Source: a virus. Taken from it: 64,000 nt of DNA. The notes below the pieces were generated by a model. The model was not told where the DNA came from, ran no database searches, and worked only from the letters and a program-made list of their open reading frames with translations. A program made the position numbers and the translations under genes. The DNA lies in the IMG/VR virus record IMGVR_UViG_3300010413_000096, positions 5,279-69,278 of that record, one strand, 5' to 3'. Below are positions 55,201 to 62,958 of the stretch, piece after piece (position 1 is the stretch's first letter; every line of letters begins with the position of its first letter).

Positions 55201-55806
55201 TCACAAATCTCACTGAGCAGCGACCTCCTCGATGAAGTTCTTCACACACCCAATATCCGCATCAACGACCTCGAAGACACCCGACCAAAGAGCCTGAATA
55301 ACATCCTGTCGAGCGGCAACCCCGAAACGCTCAACCAATCGTACAGCGGCATCTACTACGATTGGGAGACCAAGTGGATTGCAGTCCATTGGCCGACGGT
55401 CAAAGGAACCAAGCTGCTGTCTGAACAGGAGTTCCGCAACCGCGACCCAGGATGGCTCAAGAACAATGCTGCGCGCAACAAGTACCACGTACCGGACAGC
55501 GAGGCGCAACGGTCAGGCATCTTTCAGAGGCTCGAGCCCTACATGGGCAAGGTGACGTTTCGCACCAGCGTGAGCGTCTTCAACGTGGAGGAGCTGATAG
55601 GTGACGCAGCAAAGTCACGTGTCACTCCCACCGTGCGCGGACGTGAAAGCATCGACATGCTCGCCGAATACGAAGAGGTCATCAGCAAGCGCAAACACCC
55701 CAAACCCCCTGCGAAAAACGAGGGCGCACGTGGTACAAGCAAGGGCACGCCCGAAGTTAGTTCGCAAAAAGAACCTGACCTCACCGAGGACGATGATTTG
55801 GACTGA
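52285..55806 (+). CDS. primase-helicase (CHC2 Zn finger, TOPRIM, P-loop NTPase)
   Basis: CPFHQDRTPSF...CYSSAC; MEGEFDAL and GDHDKAG (TOPRIM); SEQSSGKSS and CLDEFE (Walker A/B). Confidence 0.85.
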   Translation: MPGKKGRKSNKSKTDTAAIKQIWGQIDVADWLNVVRQAHPNNRWTYSRQTIKGQCPFHQDRTPSFVIDLQKRYAKCYSSACGKFFWDPVRFYMAMQGGGMHYHKALMDMKNRFGIQMSQVVIGEIGKRQKHREMKKLLFEVMRGELIDCYSQRNSKTPDQDLFYAQDALAYLDSRGIPPVYHLLPIGVFPPQLRLENLIKQKLPFLGKHMSKVWDDIKEYLDLQNRSIDWEGSLVFFTGSSPQDIARLKLRQVPPPQQSNFAHVTDEKKMCFIPDEYEHSNGIYGLFGTPLYQPYLARDDVRSFYYMEGEFDALCIIAQQCHTSDVGFFAFSGGGGSAQGLDSMAHFGFDTAYVVGDHDKAGKGFVQRVLESTQKIATRAFEWPRVLLDDGNGGVKPTTDPAEAIQTLGYDVVNAEFRKEQNFIKPYQWAANQAIAEMNGIDKDDIRHLTSVAANWGKFVTDAAEQHAYVKEVADQFDISSGQVLTEIKAGEENEEAFIERIRDYLANRLHILQRFRQSGSHIIRVYDSVSKEIYELPIEEKMKITSAIGAMTGKDLLQFIREDVGEPAFLEVDEDSDKQVYITLANKCAEYVKAAVTRLAGTSVSDSLIRQLGAGLHCISPNVDNPDETFRLYHVNGLRMLRGDFDSSGKLVWKDLSGPSDSSVVVFSEGDLYPRVFMPHIRNAADLNKEPEFTAEELFDLINSMLDVGWDFKNHKVTCELLTAFCMSLPIANCVGRQPLFMVTSEQSSGKSSLIGGFIGRSNLPRINIVQSSVYTDNYTVAGIRQLMNRSSLCLCLDEFEDKGGNDRRSSITKGILQLFRGHSNEEGLTVIGSTTGQHRSFYFHSPAIVAGIRGLQEAADISRFIKIEMDKKGERESPETLLTREFGEDLIRKVRLNLPLVMYRKAKEFYAAYDRIDKEYQDGGGLEFGRITRSREHFYSSMAIMAVCNKDYHRFIRTYFRQHRLDLERISQISLSSDLLDEVLHTPNIRINDLEDTRPKSLNNILSSGNPETLNQSYSGIYYDWETKWIAVHWPTVKGTKLLSEQEFRNRDPGWLKNNAARNKYHVPDSEAQRSGIFQRLEPYMGKVTFRTSVSVFNVEELIGDAAKSRVTPTVRGRESIDMLAEYEEVISKRKHPKPPAKNEGARGTSKGTPEVSSQKEPDLTEDDDLD

Positions 55807-55808
55807 GC

Positions 55809-58800
55809 ATGGCAAAACCTAAACCCATCGCGTGCGGCAAATGCGCGCTCCTGAACGAACGCATCGTTCCTCCGAAGTTACCCAGTAAAGAATCACCGAC
55901 CACCATCATGTTGGTCGGTGACCATCCTTCGCTGAGTTTTCCGGAGAACGGTGCGCCCTTCAGGGACCGCAACGGCACGGTAGTCGGCATGCTCCTTCGA
56001 AGGTTGCAAGCCCTCTACAACACATTCGAACGCGGGCCACACCGCTGGTACAATCTTCAAACGTACATGGGGTACGCGGTGCGCTGCTGCACCGACGACA
56101 CTCCCAAGAAAGATGTCATCACGGTCTGTCGCACGCACTTGGACCGTGACATCTTAAAAGTCCGTCCGAAACTCGTTGTTACTTTTGGTGCGATGCCAAC
56201 GCAAGCGTTGCTTCGCACCAAGGTGAAGTTCAGCGATGTGCAGGGTTCCTTTTTATCTGCGCTTGTGAACACCGAGGATGGTCCATTCCGTTACGAGATT
56301 TTTCCCACGTACTCCCCGAAGGCTGTTTTGGCCAAGCCGGGACTCTTCGATGAAATGCTACGCGAGTTGCGCCGAGCGTACCTCCACGTCGAGGGTCTTC
56401 ATGAAACGAAGACGCTCTCTGAAGAGACGCTCCGTGAGACCTACCGCTTTCCACACACGGTCGAGGAAGTAGCCGCGCTCTGCGACGAAATCATCAACTA
56501 CCACAATGAGGGCCAGGACCCCGACAAGCACTTCATCTCGGTTGATACTGAGACGTCGTCGCTTGAGATGTATGACCCCGAGTCGCTGATGATTATGATT
56601 TCGTTCGCCTGGGCGAATCGCCACGCAGCGTCTATCGTGCTCGACCACCCGCGTGGTTGGTGGAAACCGGATGAACTCGAGCAGGTGAAGTATCATGTAC
56701 GCCGGGTTCTCGCCTGTCCGAAGCCCAAAGTTCTGCACAACCACAAGTTTGACGAGCAGGTCATCGTCCACCGTTACGGATGGGACTTGGTCAACGTGAT
56801 GTGGGACACCATGGGTGCCGAGCATCTCCTGGAGGAAGACAAGAAGGGTGCCTATGGGCTGAAGTCGCTCACCAAAACGCGTCTGCCGTTGTACGCGGGC
56901 TACGAAGATAAAGTTGCGGAGCTGCGGGACCAGCACGGCGGCAAGACTCGAGCGGAAGAAGGCAAGCGCTATCGCAAAGCGGTGCTGCACTACGAACAGG
57001 CCATCGTCGAACACGCCGAGCGCATGGTCGAATACGACACCGAATTCGCGGAGTATCAGAAGAAGCTTTCGCACTGGGAAGCCAAGCGCGAAAAGGAAAA
57101 AGAGCGCGCGGCCGAAGCGCGCAAGAACAAGGCGCCAAAAGAAGAACGGCGCATGAACAAGGACGCATACGGGAAGAAGCCGCCAAAACCGCGCAAGCCC
57201 GCAGCGCCCCAGGAACCGACGCATCAGGAGCCATTCGATTTCACGAAGATACCTCTGAACGACCTCGAGCTATACGCCGGTGTCGATGCAGACGTGACGC
57301 GGCAACATGTACTTCACCAAGCCAAGCGCTTTGACTTGGAGCACAAACAAGACGTCGCCAAGTGTGTGCAGTACCGCGTTGACCCGCCGCCACCCGTGCG
57401 TCGATTGATGCGCAGTCACGTCATTCCAACGAGCACTTCGTTGGCACAGATGGAGTACACGGGTTTCCCGGTGGACCTTCCGTACGTGGAGGAACTCGAT
57501 TCAAAGCTCGCTGTCGTGGTGCAAGAAGCCGAAGAACGACTCTATGAGCTGGCGGGTGAGAAGTTTGTCATCAACAACCCCGCTGAGATTGCACGCATCA
57601 TGTTCAGCTCCGGGTTCTACCAGGATGGCAAGCGCGTCATCGTCCCTCGTGACAAGAACATCAAGAAGACGACCAAAGGACAAATCAAGTCCGACGAGAA
57701 GGCGCTGCTCTATGTTGCCAACACCTACGGGTTCGAGTTTCCCCGTGTGGTTCTGACGCACCGAAAAGCGCAGAAGGCACGCAGTCCTTTTCTCATCAAC
57801 GTGCGCGAGCACGCCCGCTTTGACGGGCGGATGCACTCGACGTTCTGGCTCACGGGTACGGGTACTGGCCGTCTCTCCTCTTCTGGGGAGAACATGCAGA
57901 ACATTCCCAAGAAGCTGGCTGGCTTCAACATCAAGAAGGTGTTTGTACCACCCGAGGGTCACGTCCTCGTCAACACGGACGCCAAGGGCGCGGAGATTCG
58001 TATCTTCGCCGCCTACTCCCAGGACGAAAAACTCATCACGGCCATCAACGATGGGCTGGACACGCACAGCTTCTTCACCGCCAACGTCTTTGGTGAGACC
58101 TACGAAGACGTCGAGCGTGCTCGCGATATCGTCGACCAGTACTACGCGGGCGGTGCGGGCCTTGCGGAGGACCTCGTCAAGTGGGCAGAGAAGCTGGTTC
58201 GCAAACGCACCAACTGCAAGCGCGTGGTGTTCGGAACACTCTACGGGGCGATGGCAGCCAAGATAGCCGAGACGGCGGGCATCTCCCTTGAAGAAGCACA
58301 AGAGGTCATCGACCTCATGTTTCGGATGTTCCCCTCCATTCCCGCATACATCGACAGCACACAGCGCGAAGTACAACTCTTTCGTTGGGTCGCAACCAAG
58401 ACCGGACGGAAGCGCCGCTTCCCGATGGCCGATATGCGGATGTTCCGCAATCGGTGCTATCGTCAGGCTGTCAACTTCAAGATTCAAAGCACCAGCTCTG
58501 ACATCGTGCTCTGGGTGCTGAACCAAATTTTCCCCATCATCATTAACGACCTCCAGGGTCAGTTCCACGCCACAGTCCACGACTCGATTGTCTTGTCAGT
58601 GCAGCCGAAATATGTGACACAGGTGCGTGACATCATGCGCGAGTACGGCACCGACCACGTTGCCAAGGAATTCCCGTGGTTACCCGTGCCGTTCTTGTGG
58701 GATGTTGAAGTGGGACCGAGCTACGGCGAGGTTGCTGATATCGAGAAATACCTACAAGGACAGGCACAACATGACATCGAAAAACAGAAAGAAGAGCCCG

Positions 58801-58859
58801 AAGAAATCATCTCCGGTGAAGAAATCCGGGCCGAAATCAACGAGTACTTCGCCAATTAG
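55809..58859 (+). CDS. family A DNA polymerase with N-terminal uracil-DNA-glycosylase-like domain and 3'-5' exonuclease
   Basis: UDG-like C..C.L, LVGDHP, VRCC, CR.HL, FGA; exonuclease VDTET, HNHKFD, YAGVD; polymerase TGRLSS, DAKGAEIR, KRVVFGTLYG, TVHDS. Confidence 0.92.
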   Translation: MAKPKPIACGKCALLNERIVPPKLPSKESPTTIMLVGDHPSLSFPENGAPFRDRNGTVVGMLLRRLQALYNTFERGPHRWYNLQTYMGYAVRCCTDDTPKKDVITVCRTHLDRDILKVRPKLVVTFGAMPTQALLRTKVKFSDVQGSFLSALVNTEDGPFRYEIFPTYSPKAVLAKPGLFDEMLRELRRAYLHVEGLHETKTLSEETLRETYRFPHTVEEVAALCDEIINYHNEGQDPDKHFISVDTETSSLEMYDPESLMIMISFAWANRHAASIVLDHPRGWWKPDELEQVKYHVRRVLACPKPKVLHNHKFDEQVIVHRYGWDLVNVMWDTMGAEHLLEEDKKGAYGLKSLTKTRLPLYAGYEDKVAELRDQHGGKTRAEEGKRYRKAVLHYEQAIVEHAERMVEYDTEFAEYQKKLSHWEAKREKEKERAAEARKNKAPKEERRMNKDAYGKKPPKPRKPAAPQEPTHQEPFDFTKIPLNDLELYAGVDADVTRQHVLHQAKRFDLEHKQDVAKCVQYRVDPPPPVRRLMRSHVIPTSTSLAQMEYTGFPVDLPYVEELDSKLAVVVQEAEERLYELAGEKFVINNPAEIARIMFSSGFYQDGKRVIVPRDKNIKKTTKGQIKSDEKALLYVANTYGFEFPRVVLTHRKAQKARSPFLINVREHARFDGRMHSTFWLTGTGTGRLSSSGENMQNIPKKLAGFNIKKVFVPPEGHVLVNTDAKGAEIRIFAAYSQDEKLITAINDGLDTHSFFTANVFGETYEDVERARDIVDQYYAGGAGLAEDLVKWAEKLVRKRTNCKRVVFGTLYGAMAAKIAETAGISLEEAQEVIDLMFRMFPSIPAYIDSTQREVQLFRWVATKTGRKRRFPMADMRMFRNRCYRQAVNFKIQSTSSDIVLWVLNQIFPIIINDLQGQFHATVHDSIVLSVQPKYVTQVRDIMREYGTDHVAKEFPWLPVPFLWDVEVGPSYGEVADIEKYLQGQAQHDIEKQKEEPEEIISGEEIRAEINEYFAN

Positions 58860-58860
58860 C

Positions 58861-59796
58861 GTGCGCGAGTACGAGGCTTGTGGCTTCCGCATTGCGCTGA
58901 AGCAGCAAACCATCGGCAAGCGCAGCGCTACGTGCGACGTTACCGAAGAAGAGCTGCCGAAGATTCCGAAGGAGAACATCATCTCGCAACAGCCGAAAGA
59001 ACCGGCCAAGTTCGAGATGGCGGAACCGCCTAGCATCCTGTCTCCCGGTGACGACCCCGAGGCCCACGCCAAGGCGCACCAGGAGTACCGGGCAGCCAAG
59101 GAACGTTTCGAAGCGGCACACGCGGACGACCCTCCGATGGTGACACTCAACCTCTGGGTGCCTGTGAAGGTGACGCTTCAGGTGCTCATGGATGGGCATG
59201 AGGTCAAGATTTTCCACACGCTTCGGGGTCCTGTGATGGGGCTCGTCAAGAGCGAAGACCTCAATCGCGCGTATCTCTACTCTCCGTGCTTTATCGACCC
59301 GAACATCGAACGTGGGCGTGTGCACTACCTGCCCATCGCGTTCGCCGGGTTCGAGTTCACACTGTACAAAGGTGGCATCGGCGAAAGCACGCCACAGGAA
59401 GCTGAAATCGAAGGCTACCCGTACTTCGTGGAACGGAATCGAAAGGGTGACTACACGTTCCGGATGAAAGCTGCGTATCACCACATCGAAGCCGACTACC
59501 CCGAAGACGCCAAGCTCATCTCAGCCGATGGTGCGCCACGCGACGCCTTAATGGGCCTCGTCGCAACGTCGGACACGCGAGAGCAGAAGCTTGTAGACCG
59601 TGCTCGACAAGTCAAGGCACTCCAAGAGCAACAGGAACAAGCGGCCCAGGCAGCAGAAGACACACCTCCGGTCACTCAAGCGGAACAGAAGGCGCCAGAT
59701 TCCGAAGACACCAAGGAGGGCTCGGACGCTGAGGTCGAAGGTTCGGCTCCTCCTCCGCAGGATGCTCCTGTGGAAGAGCCTGTTGCGGCTGAGTAG
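58861..59796 (+). CDS. hypothetical protein, possible Sm/LSm-like domain
   Basis: GTG just after the polymerase stop; central VKIFHTLRGPVMGLVKSEDLNRAYLYSPCFI...VHYLPI...FTL segment; acidic tail. Confidence 0.6.
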   Translation: MREYEACGFRIALKQQTIGKRSATCDVTEEELPKIPKENIISQQPKEPAKFEMAEPPSILSPGDDPEAHAKAHQEYRAAKERFEAAHADDPPMVTLNLWVPVKVTLQVLMDGHEVKIFHTLRGPVMGLVKSEDLNRAYLYSPCFIDPNIERGRVHYLPIAFAGFEFTLYKGGIGESTPQEAEIEGYPYFVERNRKGDYTFRMKAAYHHIEADYPEDAKLISADGAPRDALMGLVATSDTREQKLVDRARQVKALQEQQEQAAQAAEDTPPVTQAEQKAPDSEDTKEGSDAEVEGSAPPPQDAPVEEPVAAE

Positions 59797-59799
59797 TAC

Positions 59800-60890
59800 A
59801 GAAACACCGTACGTCTAGCCGATTCAGTTGGCACCTCGCAAGGGGAGGTGGCGATACGCCACCACTTTGCTTTCTTGCCCGTTGGCTAGCGCTGGAAGCG
59901 TTAGGGGCTCGAGCAAAGTGCAAAGTCGAAAGGCCGAGGGCGCGCTATCATCGATGAGGTATTCGACCTCGCGCGGCGCCGGCGGCCCCCAGAAACCTAG
60001 TGAATCGACACGTCTCACGTCCTGTGTTAGGGTACGTCTTGCTTTTCGTCTAGTTAAAAAAGCATTATGCGAGGGATGGTGTTACGCCATCTGTTTCTCT
60101 CGACTCTTCGTAGTCTCGTCCGGGCGCCGAGCGCTGCTCGAGCGCGCCGGCGGAGGGTGAATCACCTCAGTAGACGAAAGCACCATGGACCCCACGCGAC
60201 CCAGTCTTCTGCTACGCAGCCGACTGGGTTCCCGCGTGGACCTAAGTGAACGCAGTTCAGTCTGTCCACCTTGGTGGCGAAGGCGTAACGCCTTCATTTC
60301 TTGATTCACGACGTGGCGCGCTTCAGAGCCCCCTGCGGGGACAGCTTCGCTGCGCCAACCAAGTGAACTGCTAAGATGCCTGCGACAGCGTGACCTTGGT
60401 CGGTCACGTTCTCATCGGCAATCCAAGTGAACTGCTTGTGCCCTCGGACAGCAGGTCCACGCTACGCTTTGGACCTGTCGGTCCTCCGGCAACCAAGTGA
60501 ACTGCTACGAGTCCTTTCGCCCTGGCTTCCAGGCGAGGTTTCACCTCGACCTTCCAGCCCGGCGACGGACATCCAAGTGAACTGCAATGAGCCTAGCCCC
60601 TCGCTAGCTTCGCCAGGTCGGGGCGCATCCAAGTGAACTGCTGTACGTCAACTGCCCGTCGACGGGTGCCGTCGACAGTCCTTGAACACAGTAGATGACT
60701 CTAGCGCTTGCCGTAGGTAGCAGGCAGACGATGTTACGTCGTCATCGGGTACCGATGGAAGAGCCTGACGGAAGCTCTCCCACAGGAAGAGCCACCCGGT
60801 CCTCCCTAGCCTATTTTTTCTTTCTCGTAGTCTTCGACTCTCGCAAGAAAAAATAGCCAGACTCGGCCCGAGCGGCTCTTCCTGCTCCCA
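59800..60890 (+). ncRNA. candidate large structured non-coding RNA
   Basis: ~1.1 kb without a credible CDS; many hairpins, nested long-range helices, GNRA loops and G-U pairs valid only on the plus strand. Confidence 0.6.
60357..60642 (+). repeat. array of five direct repeats (AWCCAAGTGAACTGCW) separated by unique hairpin-forming spacers
   Basis: perfect CCAAGTGAACTGC at 60359, 60423, 60493, 60573, 60629; degenerate copy at 60241. Confidence 0.95.
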
Positions 60891-60903
60891 GAACTCAGTA
60901 GAG

Positions 60904-62472
60904 TCACCCGGTGAATTCCATGTCCATCAGGACGATTTTGGCGGCGAGCCAACCGAAGAGTTGGGCATGGAAAGCATCATCGGGCTGCGTAGGTGCGTGT
61001 CGCCACACCTTGAGGCCGTTCTTCGTGACTTCCTCGTAGATGTTGAGCACGTCTTGGATGGGCGTTGTCATGTAACGCTCATCTGGATAGATGACGCCAC
61101 CGCGCTTGAGCACCATGAAGTAGTTGTCCATCAGCGTGGTGCGGTCAGCGTGGTAGGCGTCCGCTTCTTCGTTCCAGACGATGGGCGCAGCCTGGGCACC
61201 GTATTTGACCTGGGTCATACGGTGACGCCCCAGGATTTTCTGCAACTGCTTGTTGGCCAGGTGCCCTTCTCCTCGGTCACCTACCGTCAAGGAAACGTTG
61301 TAGTTTTGGATGACCTCGGCAACATCGTCCACGACGGTGACCGGGTTCGTTACCGGGTAAACTCGAAAGAAGAGCGTCTTGAGGCGGTGGTCACGTGTCA
61401 CGCCGAAAATCCACAGCACCGTGCGGCTGACGCCCTCGGTGCCTCCGCCCGACCAGTCCACGCCTGCCACGATGTGACTGAACGTCTCCATGTTCTTCGG
61501 AGGCGTGCGGTACACATCGTAGGGTTTGCACAACGAGAGCAACTCTTCCTTGCTGATGAGACGTGCACCGAGGGCGTCAGAGATGCCGAGCACCTCGTTC
61601 TTGAACTTGGTCTCGGAGTAGCGTTCCAGTTTGTTGATGATGCGTGCCCAGCGGTGGGGCTGCTCCATGTTGAGAGGAAGCATAGGTTGCGAGATGTGCA
61701 TCCCCTTGAGCGAGGAATCAGGGTTGAAGTCGTACCACTGTCCCGCACGTGGGTTGAGCAGATGACCACAGCTCAAACAGATAGGACCGGTCTTCCCGAT
61801 GGACTTGTCTGTTTCGATGAAGTTCCACTTGTCGCAGCCCTCGCACTTCATAATCCACTCGGTCTTTGTCGAGATGGACCAGAGGTACTCGATGGTGTTC
61901 TCCATCGTCTTGGGCGTGCCTGCGTAGGTCTCGTAGCCGTAGTTCGAGTTTCCCATGCACTCGTTGATGACCGGGATGACGTCCTCGTAGAGCATGTCCT
62001 GGACCTCGTCGTAGTTGACGCGGTCTGCCGTGTTTCCTCGAGCGCGGTCCGGGTCGTCTTGCGCGTAGGTGAACTTCACCTCGGAACCGTTGCGGAACAT
62101 GCGCAACATCGTGCGGTGGGTGAAGTCACTGGCAGCCCAGTACTTACGCACCAGCGGTGAGTAGTGAACTGTCTTGCCGATACGCGTGTTGGAGAACGTC
62201 TGCGTTTGTTCCTGGGATGGTGACACGTAGAGGTTGCGGAAGTGAGGAATGCCGAGCGACTCGCAGATGATGAAGTTGCACAGCGTAGTCGATTTGGCGA
62301 CCTGCCTCCCGCACTTCATGAGCAGACCCTGGTTGTGCCCGTCGTAGATGTCAGGGAAAAACGGGTAGTCGGCCAGGCTGAACGGAGCCCCGTCCAGATA
62401 CAGCAACTTCTGCGCGAGCTGGGAGCGGCGCTGGCTGGGGATTCCATGTAGGTCTGCTACGTTGACCATCAC
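60904..62472 (-). CDS. terminase large subunit (gpA-like, internal Zn finger)
   Basis: KCGRQVAKST (Walker A), NYDEVQD (Walker B), AGTP, CEGC...CLSC, AGVDWS (RNase H-like), PDDAFHA. Confidence 0.88.
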   Translation of the reverse strand: MMVNVADLHGIPSQRRSQLAQKLLYLDGAPFSLADYPFFPDIYDGHNQGLLMKCGRQVAKSTTLCNFIICESLGIPHFRNLYVSPSQEQTQTFSNTRIGKTVHYSPLVRKYWAASDFTHRTMLRMFRNGSEVKFTYAQDDPDRARGNTADRVNYDEVQDMLYEDVIPVINECMGNSNYGYETYAGTPKTMENTIEYLWSISTKTEWIMKCEGCDKWNFIETDKSIGKTGPICLSCGHLLNPRAGQWYDFNPDSSLKGMHISQPMLPLNMEQPHRWARIINKLERYSETKFKNEVLGISDALGARLISKEELLSLCKPYDVYRTPPKNMETFSHIVAGVDWSGGGTEGVSRTVLWIFGVTRDHRLKTLFFRVYPVTNPVTVVDDVAEVIQNYNVSLTVGDRGEGHLANKQLQKILGRHRMTQVKYGAQAAPIVWNEEADAYHADRTTLMDNYFMVLKRGGVIYPDERYMTTPIQDVLNIYEEVTKNGLKVWRHAPTQPDDAFHAQLFGWLAAKIVLMDMEFTG

Positions 62473-62476
62473 CTAA

Positions 62477-62505
62477 AAAATAGAAGATTTCGGAGGGAAA
62501 AACAA
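62477..62505 (-). promoter_or_regulatory. putative terminase promoter (near-leaderless)
   Basis: TTGTTT-17 bp-TATTTT ending 4 nt before the GTGATG start. Confidence 0.4.
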
Positions 62506-62958
62506 ATGCCTTCAGAGCACATTCGGCTCACAGAGCCAGAAAAAATTGAGGGGGTACGGCGTCAGGTAGTTGTCGAAAGGCGCGTAGTTCTCGTCGCCTT
62601 TGCAGCACAGATGACGTCGTACCCCCTCCTCATTGCACCCGATGACGGAGTGCTGCACATCGGTTTCGAGAAGTCCTATGGCGGGGGTGACCGTGGCAAG
62701 GGCTTCTACTACGTCGCACAGATGGAGTTCTCCAAGAAGGGTGCGTACCCGCTGATGCTTGGTCAGCTCCACGCGGGGTACGTCGCCGAGAAGCTCGGTC
62801 TCAAGACCGACGCGTGTGCGAACAACGTGACCGCGTTCTTGAATGCGGTTGGTGCAGACGATGTTCGTGCTTTCCTGAAAACCGTCCCCTTGCGCGGGGA
62901 CCATGTCGACCACTATAAAGTGGCATCAGGGAGTGGTTTTCTCCATGTCGCAGAATAA
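62506..62958 (+). CDS. hypothetical protein
   Basis: GGAGG RBS, 150 aa, divergent from terminase. Confidence 0.6.
   Translation: MPSEHIRLTEPEKIEGVRRQVVVERRVVLVAFAAQMTSYPLLIAPDDGVLHIGFEKSYGGGDRGKGFYYVAQMEFSKKGAYPLMLGQLHAGYVAEKLGLKTDACANNVTAFLNAVGADDVRAFLKTVPLRGDHVDHYKVASGSGFLHVAE

Noticed and set aside
56920-57245. Intein or intron in the DNA polymerase or RNA polymerase
   Set aside because: No C/S...HN splice-junction motifs or LAGLIDADG/HNH motifs; inserts are short charged segments and the frames are continuous
60314-60361. tRNA gene (7-bp stem plus ACCA)
   Set aside because: Only ~48 nt, with no TTC T-loop, D arm or canonical anticodon arm
59824-60636. Short ORFs in the 59.8-60.9 kb interval
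   Set aside because: No convincing RBS, Arg/Ser/Pro-rich composition typical of GC-rich non-coding frames, and mutually overlapping on both strands
60357-60642. CRISPR array
   Set aside because: Repeat is only 13-16 nt, spacers vary from 43 to 67 nt and are self-complementary, and no cas1/cas2 or effector genes are visible
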